From Chloroflexota bacterium (GTDB lineage Bacteria > Chloroflexota > UBA11872), in assembly GCA_965247475.1 (NCBI GenBank), contig OZ252016.1, positions 462,143 through 526,142 of the forward strand: a stretch of DNA of 64,000 bases. Reading direction: 5' to 3'. Position 1 is the first letter of the stretch. Every line of letters starts with the position of its first letter. The notes beneath the pieces are model-generated. The model did no database searches. It saw only the letters and a list, made by a program, of their open reading frames with translations, and was not told the DNA's origin. Both the position numbers and the translations under genes were made by a program. Positions 1 through 8,651 of the stretch are shown in pieces.

Positions 1-121
1 CGCGCCGTTCCCCGAGCTGCCCGAGCGGGTCTTCCTGACAAACCTGTAGGCGCGCCGGGCGGCTACTGGCGCCCGGCCGTCGCGAACGATCCTCGAGGCC
101 GGACGAAGCTGCTCAAGCATT

Positions 122-718
122 GTGACAAGACCCCGCGCGCGTTCACGACCTGCTCCATCGTTGGCCAAGGGCCACGTCTGCCCGACCGGCTGCTGGCAAA
201 GACCTAGCGAGGCGACTGTTAGGCATCCGTTCGGGCGACGTGTCCCTGACCCGCTCCACGACCTGGCCGCAACCGCTCTCGACTACGCGGGTCTGGAGCG
301 CCTGCCCGGGATGGATAGCAGGTCCGTCAGACCGTTGCTGGAGGGCCGGCACGAGCCGCATCGGGACTTCGTGGTTTCCGGCCTCCTCGACTGGGACTTG
401 GTCTGGGACGGCCACTACGAGCTGGTGCGACGGCAGCGCGGCTACCGTCTTGTCGACGAGGACGACGACGGCGTCGTGCATGATGCCGGCGATCTCGACG
501 AACGGATCGCGAAGCAGCGACGGGCGATGGACAGGCCCCAGGATTGGGTCGGCGACACGCTTCTGTTCGACCTCGATGTGGACCCCAATGAGGACGCCAG
601 CATCGTGGAGCAAGCCGCTCCCGAGGTAGAGCGGCTCTCGGCGCTGCGGGATAGCGCCATCGGATCGGTGTCCCACAGCTACACCGACGAGCAGCTAGCG
701 CGGGCCAGGCGCCGGTGA
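122..718 (+). pseudogene. Sulfatase (arylsulfatase family) C-terminal fragment; the N-terminal catalytic part is absent or out of frame (in-frame stop at 47-49)
   Basis: The translation carries sulfatase C-terminal motifs (HDLAATALDYAGL..LPGMDSRSVRPLLEG, WDGHYELV, LLFDLDVDPNEDASIVEQAAPEVERL). It has no Cys-x-Pro-x-Arg active-site region. The upstream frames within the window show no sulfatase-like sequence. Confidence 0.45.
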
Positions 719-874
719 TCGGGGACTGGCCGCATCCCTCGGTCGGCCTGTAAGGGCGGTTCGCGAACTGCCCCTACTTCGGATCGCCGCGACCGGCCGC
801 TGCTGCTCCGCCGCCCGCTCGCATCCGGTCGCCGCCTGTAGTATCGCCATCGACGCCCGGCGCCGGAGCCTGCC

Positions 875-1972
875 ATGGCCTCGATCGAGATCCCCGCGGG
901 CCTGGAGGGCATCACACCGCACTGGCTTACCCGAGCCCTGCGCTCGTCGGGTGTTCTGCGGCACGGCGCCGTCGCGCGCCTTCGGGTCCAGCGGATCGCT
1001 GGAAATCAAGGATTCGCCGGCCAGCTTCAACGGATGCACATCGACTACAGCGACGCTCACGCCGACGCCCCCGATTCGCTCATCGCCAAGCTCCATAGCC
1101 TGGTTCGCGCGACCCGCGAGCTCCTCCGCGATCTCGGCGCGCCTACCCGCGAGCTGCGGTTCTACCGGGAGCTTGCCCCCACGCTGGAGTTGCGCACGCC
1201 GCGCCTTTACTACGGCAGCGCGGACCCGGTCGACGGCGCCTTCGTCTTGCTGCTGGAGGATCTAGCGCCGGCCCGCGCCGGGGATCCGGTGGTCGGCTGC
1301 TCGGCTGGCCAGATCGCCGATGCCCTCCAGCAGGCCGCCGTGCTGCACGCGCGCTGGTGGAACGGCCCCGCGCTGGCCTCGATCGGCTGGCTCCCTACCT
1401 TTGAGGACCTCGCGACCCGGCGCCATGCGGTGAGCCGGCGGCATTGGGATGTGTTTATCGAGAGGTACCGCAGCCATCTGCCGTCCGGCTTCCTGGCCCT
1501 GAGTGACAGGCTGCGGCGCGGACTCGATGTTGCGCGGCATCGGCTCTCGGCGCTGCCGCCCACCCTGCTTCACGGCGACTTCCGGCCAGACAACCTGCTG
1601 TTCGCTTCGACCGACGCCGGTGGAGCGATCGCCGCCGTCGACTGGCAGGTGACCATGCGCGGCCCCGGCGTCTGCGATGTCGCGTATTTCTTGGCGGCCT
1701 GCGGACCGCCGGAGCTCCGGCGCGAACTGGAGCGCGAGGCGCTAGGGGCCTATGCCGCCGCGCTCGCGTCCCGCGGCGTGCCCGGATACACGAACGAGCA
1801 ATGCGCCGAGGACTATCGAGTCGCGATGATCGACATCCTTGCCCGCGTCTCGGTCCTGACCGTGGGGCTTGTGCCGCGCAGTCCGCATGGCCGCGCCCTG
1901 TTCGCGGCGCTCGCCGAGCGTGTGGCCGCGGCCGTCATCGACCTGGACTGCGCCGATCTGGTGCCCGATTGA
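875..1972 (+). CDS. Phosphotransferase family protein (aminoglycoside-phosphotransferase/choline-kinase-like kinase fold)
   Basis: Contains the Brenner catalytic motif HGDFRPDNLLF and a downstream DWQ metal-binding-like motif. Full-length ORF with high GC3. Confidence 0.7.
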   Translation: MASIEIPAGLEGITPHWLTRALRSSGVLRHGAVARLRVQRIAGNQGFAGQLQRMHIDYSDAHADAPDSLIAKLHSLVRATRELLRDLGAPTRELRFYRELAPTLELRTPRLYYGSADPVDGAFVLLLEDLAPARAGDPVVGCSAGQIADALQQAAVLHARWWNGPALASIGWLPTFEDLATRRHAVSRRHWDVFIERYRSHLPSGFLALSDRLRRGLDVARHRLSALPPTLLHGDFRPDNLLFASTDAGGAIAAVDWQVTMRGPGVCDVAYFLAACGPPELRRELEREALGAYAAALASRGVPGYTNEQCAEDYRVAMIDILARVSVLTVGLVPRSPHGRALFAALAERVAAAVIDLDCADLVPD

Positions 1973-2094
1973 GCCGGGCCGCGGGACCGCACGCCCTGGC
2001 GGGGTCGGCGCTCGGACGGCTCTGCCACACGAGTGCGGCCCGGCCTCTCGAGATCTGTTCACCAGCTTGACGTGCGTCACACAAAGCTCCCACC

Positions 2095-2985
2095 ATGGGA
2101 TGGTCCGCTACGTCTCACAAGCACGAAACTCTGATGACTTTGGACATTGACCGACACGTAAATGATCTCGAGCGGGATGGCTACACGATCCTCAAGAGTG
2201 TGATTCCGCCTGCCGAGATTGAGGCTGCGAGACAGGCGATCGACGAGACACTGGCGGCAGAGGAGTCCATCGGTCGGGAGTATGGCCTGCAGAGTGAGAA
2301 CCTTCGCATGGCATTCAATGCGCAGGCCAAGCACGCGTACTTTAGCGGCCTCCCGCTGCGCGTCGCTGAGCCCATGCAAGTTGCTCGGCGCATTCTCGGG
2401 GAAGATATGTTTGCGCACGATGTAGCGATCCGTGTGCCCATGCCCACTGGGCAAAAGGACCATCGGAGCCTCGGCGGCAACCTGCACGCCGACTGGGGCG
2501 ACTTCACCGTGAAACCGTTCATTGGCGGCAAGCACTACGCGCTTGGAATTCAATCCGCCTGGGCGATAACCGAATTCAACGATGAGACGGGTGCGCCAGT
2601 GATCTGGCCGGGATCGCATCAGATTCCGGAGATTCCACCCGAGGAACCAGAGGCGCTGCCGCCCGGCTGGATCATCCCGGATGCGCCGGCCGGGTCCGTC
2701 GTGATGTGGGATGCGAGCCTGTGGCATACGGGAGGCACAAATCGAAGTCAGCAACCGCGCTACTCATTGATCTTCTTCTTCCAACGATGGTGGGTGAAGG
2801 GATTCAACGACGCCTTCCGCTATATCTCGCCAGAGGCCCGTGCCGCCATGACCGAGGAGGAGCGGCGCGTCTGGGGCCTTGAGGCCGGGGTCCCGCCGAA
2901 CACGCACCTCCGAGGCATGAGCGCCGAGCAGCTGGCGGCCCTCACGATCGAGCAGAAGGCTGTTCTCAACATCGCGCCCTATTGA
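2095..2985 (+). CDS. Phytanoyl-CoA dioxygenase (PhyH) family Fe(II)/2-oxoglutarate oxygenase
   Basis: PhyH-like N-terminus (DGYTILKSVIPPAEIEAARQAID) and the HxD...H facial triad context (HADW, WHTGGTNRS). The start may instead be the internal ATG near 2134. Confidence 0.65.
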   Translation: MGWSATSHKHETLMTLDIDRHVNDLERDGYTILKSVIPPAEIEAARQAIDETLAAEESIGREYGLQSENLRMAFNAQAKHAYFSGLPLRVAEPMQVARRILGEDMFAHDVAIRVPMPTGQKDHRSLGGNLHADWGDFTVKPFIGGKHYALGIQSAWAITEFNDETGAPVIWPGSHQIPEIPPEEPEALPPGWIIPDAPAGSVVMWDASLWHTGGTNRSQQPRYSLIFFFQRWWVKGFNDAFRYISPEARAAMTEEERRVWGLEAGVPPNTHLRGMSAEQLAALTIEQKAVLNIAPY

Positions 2986-3273
2986 TCCAGGTCTGCACTC
3001 GATGCGCGATGGCGGCGTTGATCTCGTGCGCGTGCTCGTCGAGGTCGATTCGTGCGGGTACGTGTGCAGCGGCGCGATCGACGATCCGGACTCGACCGGC
3101 TTCCGAGGTGTGGACGTCTTGACATCAGGACTGGTGGCGTCGTACCCGGGATGGATTGATGTGAGGCGCGGGTCTGGGAAACGGGGCGGGATTTACCGAA
3201 CAGGTTCCGGATCGACAGAGAACGTAGCGTCGGATGCCGTAGCATCCAGGGCGCACCTAGAAAGGATCAAGCC

Positions 3274-4155
3274 GTGGCGCACAAATACTCGGTTGTTCTC
3301 TCCACGTTAGTCAGCGGGGGCGGCGACGTCTGGGCGGCCCCCGACGAGGTTCTCGAAACGATCGCGGAGGCCGGCTACGACGGCGTTGATTTCGATGCCG
3401 ACCCCGACCGGATCGACCCGGAGCTGTTCCGACGGGTTACCGACCGGGCGCGCGGGCTCGGTTTGCGACTCCCCGGCCTCGTCGGAGCCTGGGGCGTCTG
3501 GCACGCGGGGGAGGAGCGCGATCTTGTATCGAGCGACGAGGACGTGCGCGCCTACGCGGTGAGCTATGCCAAGCGCAGCATCGACCTTGCCTCGGATTTC
3601 GACGAGCCTCCAGTCTTCAACATCGACGCCGTGCCGCCTCGTCCCGAGTATCCCGTTTCGAGCATCCCGCATCGTGTGCTGCGTGAGAGCTTCGAGCGGT
3701 CGGCGCGTGAGATCGCCGAGTACGCGGATCCGAGGAGGGTGCAAGTTGCGATCGAGCCGATCAACCGGTTCGAGGGCTACGTCTCGTTTATGAACAGCGT
3801 CGAGGATGCAATGAGCGTCGTGCGGTCGTTGGACATGGATAACTTCGGCGTCATGGCCGACTTATTTCACGTCAATATCGAAGACGGACCGGTCACCGAC
3901 GCACTGCGTATGGCGGGTGACAAGCTGCTGTACGTTCACCTCGCCGACAGCAACCGGCAGGTCCCCGGAACCGGTCACATCGACTTCCTCAACGTCGTGC
4001 GAACCCTCGACGAGATCGGCTATACCGGATATATCGCGACCGATACCGTTCCGTCGCTCCCCGACTGGAAGACCGTGGTTACGGAGTCCATCGCGTTCAT
4101 GAAGCAAATCGAGCGAACCGTCGCCTTGCAGCACCGGCTTGCCGCCAGCGGTTAG
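3274..4155 (+). CDS. Sugar phosphate isomerase/epimerase (xylose-isomerase-like TIM barrel)
   Basis: AP-endonuclease-2/xylose-isomerase-like TIM-barrel motifs (GYDGVDF, VAIEPINRFE, YVHLADSNRQVPGTGHIDF). Confidence 0.7.
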   Translation: MAHKYSVVLSTLVSGGGDVWAAPDEVLETIAEAGYDGVDFDADPDRIDPELFRRVTDRARGLGLRLPGLVGAWGVWHAGEERDLVSSDEDVRAYAVSYAKRSIDLASDFDEPPVFNIDAVPPRPEYPVSSIPHRVLRESFERSAREIAEYADPRRVQVAIEPINRFEGYVSFMNSVEDAMSVVRSLDMDNFGVMADLFHVNIEDGPVTDALRMAGDKLLYVHLADSNRQVPGTGHIDFLNVVRTLDEIGYTGYIATDTVPSLPDWKTVVTESIAFMKQIERTVALQHRLAASG

Positions 4156-4261
4156 CACGCGCCGAGCGCTCGGGTTGCCGGACTGAGTGACGTCGCGGGC
4201 GGGCAGCAGCCCACGGCAAGGTTGGTGGTCCTGTACGGGCGGTTCGCGGACATTCCCTACC

Positions 4262-4903
4262 GCTGATCGCCGCGGTGCCTATCGTTGCGACTGGGGCTAG
4301 GCTATCCCTCTCGGTCGAAGCTCGGTCGCCTGACGGCCGATCTGAGGCGGGTTGGCGATGCGCACGCGAGTCATACGCCACTTGGTTCCCGGGTTGTTCG
4401 TGGCTGTGGCGCTGCTCGTCGGCGCCTGCGGTGACGAGTCATCTGACGCGGTCGATGATCGGTCCGCCGCGACCGGGCGCGTGCAGCTCGACTATCAGGT
4501 CATCACCGAGGCGGATGCCGGCAGCGTCGTCAAGATCGCGGTCTTCTGCCATGTCATCGACCTCCCCGATAAGAAGGGCACCGAGCTTCATCTGACCGGT
4601 GACGACGCGTCGACGCTGCGCTGGCGATTCGCGCAGAAACCCGACCCGTTCAACCTCGAATGGTTCAAGGTCGACGGGGAGCTCGCGTTCGAAACCGACG
4701 GACTGATTGGCGATCCGACCACCGCGGCCAAGGTCCTTGAGCTCCGGGGCCTGGTCTTCGGCGAAACCGAATTCGTGCTCGAGCTGGTCGAGCGCGACCC
4801 CGCGCAGCGGGGCGGTCCACCGGCCAAGCGCCTGACGTTCCCGATCGAAGTGTTTCTCGATCAGCCCGGCGCCGGTGGCGGCTCGGCGCCCTGCCGCTAG
4901 CGG
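4262..4903. repeat. Segmental duplication copy 1 (~640 bp, ~98% identical to 6313-6951): lipoprotein gene plus leader
   Basis: Near-identity of both the nucleotide and ORF translations, including ~90 bp upstream. Confidence 0.85.
4358..4900 (+). CDS. Secreted lipoprotein, paralogous family copy A (unknown function)
   Basis: Signal peptide with lipobox LLVGAC. Core LTGDDASTLRWRFAQKPDPFNLEWFKVDGELAFETDGLIGDPTTAAKVLE..FVLELVERDPAQR is shared with five other ORFs in the window. The ORF track lists a TTG start at 4352; the ATG at 4358 matches copy B. Confidence 0.75.
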   Translation: MRTRVIRHLVPGLFVAVALLVGACGDESSDAVDDRSAATGRVQLDYQVITEADAGSVVKIAVFCHVIDLPDKKGTELHLTGDDASTLRWRFAQKPDPFNLEWFKVDGELAFETDGLIGDPTTAAKVLELRGLVFGETEFVLELVERDPAQRGGPPAKRLTFPIEVFLDQPGAGGGSAPCR

Positions 4904-5267
4904 CCTTCGACCTCAGCGCGCGCCCTCGCGCCTGATTCGGTACCCGTCCGTCCGCCCGACCGAGCCAAGCCGTTCGCCGCATTCAACGTCTGAATCCGTC
5001 AACGCGGCCGCGAATATCGTGGTCAACCGTCCCGGTCAATGACGCGACACCGATTGGAGCGGGGCGGCACGCGAGCTCCCGAGCGATGCTGCCGATCCAC
5101 CCCGGCCTTCGGTATCGTTCGCGATCAGAGACCTTTGCAAGACGCCCTTGCCCTCTGGGAGAGCGTTGGGGTGAGGGCGTCTTCCAGCTTCGGGGGAAGC
5201 TCTGGATACCGGCTTTCGCCGGTATGACGAAAGTTATGCAAAGGTCTCGATCAGGGGGACAGCACGT

Positions 5268-6107
5268 ATGACGGGACAGCAATTCAGCGGGAAGACGGCC
5301 ATCGTGACCGGCGGCGCGCGGGGTCTCGGAGCGGCCATCGCGGAGCGGCTCGCCGCCGACGGCGCCTCCGTTCTGATTGCCGATATCGACCTCGATGCGG
5401 CGCGGCAGCGCGCCGACGCGATCGAGGGCGCCGGCGGCACCGCGGCGGCGCGACTGACCGACGTGGGCGAGGCCGCGCAGATCGACTCGATGGTGCGTGA
5501 TGTCGTAGATCGCTGGGGCCGCCTGGACATCCTCGTGAACAATGCGTTCCCGGTGCTCGACGCCGCCAGCGGCGGTGCCGAGGACGTAGCGCCGGACGAG
5601 TACGACCGCGCGATGGCCGTGCTGGTGAAAGCCAGCTACCTGGCGGCTCGGGCGGGCGTGCCGCATATGCGCCGCCATGGCGGCAGCATCGTCAACATCT
5701 CGTCGGTCCACGGGCTGCTCGTCGCTCGCGGCACGCTTGTGTACGAGACCGGCAAAGCGGCCATGATCGCCGCCACGCGCCAGATGGCCGTGGAGTACGG
5801 CCGCGACGGCATCCGCGCCAACGTCGTCGCCCCCGGGCACATCGCCACCGAGACGATCAAGGCCGCCATGTGGGACGCGAACCCATCGGGCCTGGAGTTC
5901 ATCGCCGATCAATACCCGCTCGGGCGCGTGGGGCGGCCGGAGGAGATAGCCGCGGCCGTGGCGTTTCTCTGCTCGGACGAGGCCTCGTTCATCACCGGCC
6001 ACACGCTCGTCGTGGACGGCGGGTTGTCGATCCAGCTCCAGGAGAACTTCGGCGTTCAGCAGGCGCACTTCGTCCAGAACCACCCCGAGACCGAGCTCCC
6101 GTACTGA
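5268..6107 (+). CDS. SDR family NAD(P)-dependent oxidoreductase
   Basis: TGGARGLG Rossmann motif, NNA, and the S...YxxxK catalytic arrangement. The long ORF on the opposite strand (4983-6083) is an antisense artefact. Confidence 0.85.
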   Translation: MTGQQFSGKTAIVTGGARGLGAAIAERLAADGASVLIADIDLDAARQRADAIEGAGGTAAARLTDVGEAAQIDSMVRDVVDRWGRLDILVNNAFPVLDAASGGAEDVAPDEYDRAMAVLVKASYLAARAGVPHMRRHGGSIVNISSVHGLLVARGTLVYETGKAAMIAATRQMAVEYGRDGIRANVVAPGHIATETIKAAMWDANPSGLEFIADQYPLGRVGRPEEIAAAVAFLCSDEASFITGHTLVVDGGLSIQLQENFGVQQAHFVQNHPETELPY

Positions 6108-6312
6108 TCGACCGCGTCAAGCGGTTGGGAGTCATTCCGACGCGGACTTCTCCCCCCGTGCACCCTGAGCCAGTCGAAGGGGCACGGGAATGCCAGGTGG
6201 CCCACGTCCCACGGCGGGACCCTAACGGCGCACGCGGGGTTCGGCAACGGCTTACCTTCGAAGGGTGGACAACCTGAAGCCCCCGCCACCCGTTGACAAT
6301 CCATGCGAGGCC

Positions 6313-6951
6313 GATCGCCGCGTTGCCTATCGTTGCGACTGGGGCTAGGCTATCCCTCTCGGTCGAACCTCGGTCGCCTGACGGCCGATCTGAGGCGGGT
6401 CGGCGATGCGCGCGCGAGTCATACGCCACTTGGTCCCCGGGTTGTTCGTGGCTGTGGCGCTGCTCGTCGGCGCCTGCGGCGACGAGCCATCTGACGCGGT
6501 CGATGATCGGTCCGCCGCGACCGGGCGCGTGCAGCTCGACTATCAGGTCATCACCGAGGCGGATGCCGGCAGCGTCGTCAAGATCGCGGTCTTTTGCCAT
6601 GTCATCGACCTCCCCGATAAGAAGGGCACCGAGCTTCATCTGACCGGTGACGACGCGTCGACGCTGCGCTGGCGATTCGCGCAGAAACCCGACCCGTTCA
6701 ACCTCGAATGGTTCAAGGTCGACGGGGAGCTCGCGTTCGAAACCGACGGACTGATTGGCGATCCGACCACCGCGGCCAAGGTCCTTGAGCTCCGGGGCCT
6801 GGTCTTCGGCGAAACCGAATTCGTGCTCGAGCTGGTCGAGCGCGACCCCGCGCAGCGGGGCGGTCCACCGGCCAAGCGCCTGACGTTCCCGATCGAAGTG
6901 TTTCTCGATCAGCCCGGCGCCGGTGGCGGCTCGGCGCCCTGCCGCTAGTGG
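6313..6951. repeat. Segmental duplication copy 2
   Basis: See 4262-4903. Confidence 0.85.
6406..6948 (+). CDS. Secreted lipoprotein, paralogous family copy B (near-identical to copy A)
   Basis: About 98% identical to copy A, including the ~90 bp upstream leader; lipobox LLVGAC. Confidence 0.75.
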   Translation: MRARVIRHLVPGLFVAVALLVGACGDEPSDAVDDRSAATGRVQLDYQVITEADAGSVVKIAVFCHVIDLPDKKGTELHLTGDDASTLRWRFAQKPDPFNLEWFKVDGELAFETDGLIGDPTTAAKVLELRGLVFGETEFVLELVERDPAQRGGPPAKRLTFPIEVFLDQPGAGGGSAPCR

Positions 6952-6983
6952 TCGTTCCCGCCGCCCGCGCCCGTCACCCGGCC

Positions 6984-7029
6984 GGCGCCGAGGTCTGCTA
7001 GCCTCCCTCGCGTTGAACAGCGCGCGCGG
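6984..7029. repeat. 46-bp element GGCGCCGAGGTCTGCTAGCCTCCCTCGCGTTGAACAGCGCGCGCGG, identical second copy at 11993-12038
   Basis: Exact 46/46 identity at two loci with unrelated flanks. Confidence 0.8.
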
Positions 7030-7335
7030 CGGACCACCGCGGCGTGGCCCGCCGGTGTGTTGGGAACGCGCCAGGCGTCCCGGGTCGGGTGCGCCGCGAC
7101 ATCCAGGTGATCGCGGGCGACGTCCAGGCCGAGATACGGGGGCTGGGGCATTTCGGTACCCTCCCATGCGGCGCCGGCCACCCACCCAGCCTTGCAAGAT
7201 GCGGGCTCGCCACGGCGGCCCTGGCAACGGTACGGGCTCTGGGCCGGAGCCAACGGCCGGGACGACCACGCTACCGATCGGTCTCTTGGGACCTAGGGGC
7301 GGACGGTCTGCCCCGGCCCGGCGCTTCCCCCGGAC

Positions 7336-7386
7336 GATCCGAGGGCCTTGCAACATACAAGGGGCGGTTCGCGAACCGCCCCTACT
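7336..7386. repeat. REP-B palindromic element (GATCCGAGGGCCTTGCAACATACAAGGGGCGGTTCGCGAACCGCCCCT) containing a perfect 22-bp palindrome
   Basis: GGGGCGGTTCGCGAACCGCCCC at 7361-7382 is self-complementary. Related copies at 41203-41250, 47966-48004 (inverted), 750-776 and 4231-4258 (degenerate). Confidence 0.75.
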
Positions 7387-7393
7387 GCTCACC

Positions 7394-7600
7394 TGTCATT
7401 CGAGCTGAAGGCGAGGAATCGCATGGCCGCCGGACCGGCGAGAGCCCGTCCTGAGTCGATCGAAGGGCCTCTCCTGAGCCCATCGAAGGAATCTACCGGC
7501 GCGCCCGTGCGTGTCCCCCCGTGCACCCTGAGCCCTTCGGCAGGCTCAGGACAGGCCCTGTCGAAGGGGGCACGGGAATGGTCTGGCTCAGGACAGGCGC
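7394..7600. repeat. REP-A composite element
   Basis: gtcattcgagctgaaggcgaggaatcgcatggccgccggaccggcg ... two copies of the gtgcaccctgagcc...gtcgaaggggcacgggaatg module. Confidence 0.7.
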
Positions 7601-7651
7601 TGCCGGATGACGGCGGCGCCGCAAACCCGGAGACCCCCCGTCACTCAGTGG

Positions 7652-8611
7652 TTACGCTGACAGCCGCACTCGCGGATCGACGTAGGTGTACAGCACGTCC
7701 ACCAGGATATTGAGCAGCACGTACACCACTGCCGCGAGCATCACCACCGCCTGCACGATTGGGTAGTCGCGCTTGATGATGGCGTTGACCAGCGTGAATC
7801 CGAGACCCTGACGCACGAAGACGATCTCGACGACCACCGCGCCGGCCAGCAGGCTGCCGAACTCGAGGCCAACGATCGTGATGACGGGAATCAGCGCGTT
7901 CTGCAGCGCGTGCCGCCATATCACCCGGCGCTCGGCCAGGCCCTTGGCGCGGGCAGTGCGCACGTAGTCTCGGCTGAGCACGTCCAGCATCGAAGAGCGG
8001 GTAAGTCGCGCGAGAATCGCCGACGAGAACACCCCCAACGTGATGGCCGGCATGATCAGCGCCGTTGGACCTTCGTCGGCGATCGAGGGCAGCCAGTCGA
8101 GCATGATGCTGAACAGGTAGATCATCATCAGGCCAAGGAAGAAGCTCGGTATCGAAACCCCGATCACGGAGGCGAACTGGCTCAGGTAGTCAACCAGGGT
8201 GTGATGGTGCACGGCCGACATCACACCGGCAATCAATCCGATGAAGAGGGCCACGCCCATGCCCGCGAGGGTCAGCTGAAGCGTGGCTGGGAACTGCTCG
8301 GCGATGATGTCGGTCACGCGCTGCTGGGTCCGGAACGAGCGGCCGAAATCGCCGCGCACCACATCGGCCACGTAGAGGACGAACTGGGCTGGAATCGGTT
8401 TATCGAGGTTGTAGGCGGCGCGCAGGTCCTCGACCACCTCCTGCGAGATGACCCCCGTGCCCGTGACCCCGCCGACGTTGCCGGCCTGCGAATAGAAAAG
8501 CAGCTGGACCGGATCGCCCGGGATCAGGCGCAGGATGACAAATACGACGAGCAGGACGCCAACCAGCACCGGCACGGCGGCCAGTAGCCGCCCTGCAACG
8601 TATCTCGCCAT
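7652..8611 (-). CDS. ABC transporter permease, DppB/OppB family (peptide/nickel type)
   Basis: N-terminal RLIPGDPV and binding-protein-dependent transport motif context (AKGL...R...). Multiple transmembrane segments. Confidence 0.85.
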   Translation of the reverse strand: MARYVAGRLLAAVPVLVGVLLVVFVILRLIPGDPVQLLFYSQAGNVGGVTGTGVISQEVVEDLRAAYNLDKPIPAQFVLYVADVVRGDFGRSFRTQQRVTDIIAEQFPATLQLTLAGMGVALFIGLIAGVMSAVHHHTLVDYLSQFASVIGVSIPSFFLGLMMIYLFSIMLDWLPSIADEGPTALIMPAITLGVFSSAILARLTRSSMLDVLSRDYVRTARAKGLAERRVIWRHALQNALIPVITIVGLEFGSLLAGAVVVEIVFVRQGLGFTLVNAIIKRDYPIVQAVVMLAAVVYVLLNILVDVLYTYVDPRVRLSA

Positions 8612-8651
8612 CGCTGCGCGCTAATCCTTGGGCAAATCTGCTACCCGGCGG

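Noticed and set aside
3002-3310. 102-aa ORF in the PhyH/isomerase intergenic region
   Set aside because: No recognisable motifs and no Shine-Dalgarno sequence. Atypical composition. It is likely non-coding.
7361-7382. GGTTCGCGAACC-containing stem resembling a tRNA T-arm, raising the possibility of a tRNA or tmRNA gene
   Set aside because: No cloverleaf can be built. The motif is a perfect 22-bp palindrome recurring as part of REP-B elements, and no anticodon or acceptor stems are present.
5992-7392. 466-aa ORF on the minus strand, with similar long Arg/Gly/Pro-rich ORFs (for example 15111-17078, 13374-14537, 17457-18815, 19455-20765, 46087-47040, 49343-50611, 57529-58746, 62947-63771)
   Set aside because: Low-complexity Arg/Ala/Gly/Pro composition typical of antisense or out-of-frame reading of high-GC DNA. 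They overlap well-supported genes on the other strand or frame, or consist of translated REP modules.
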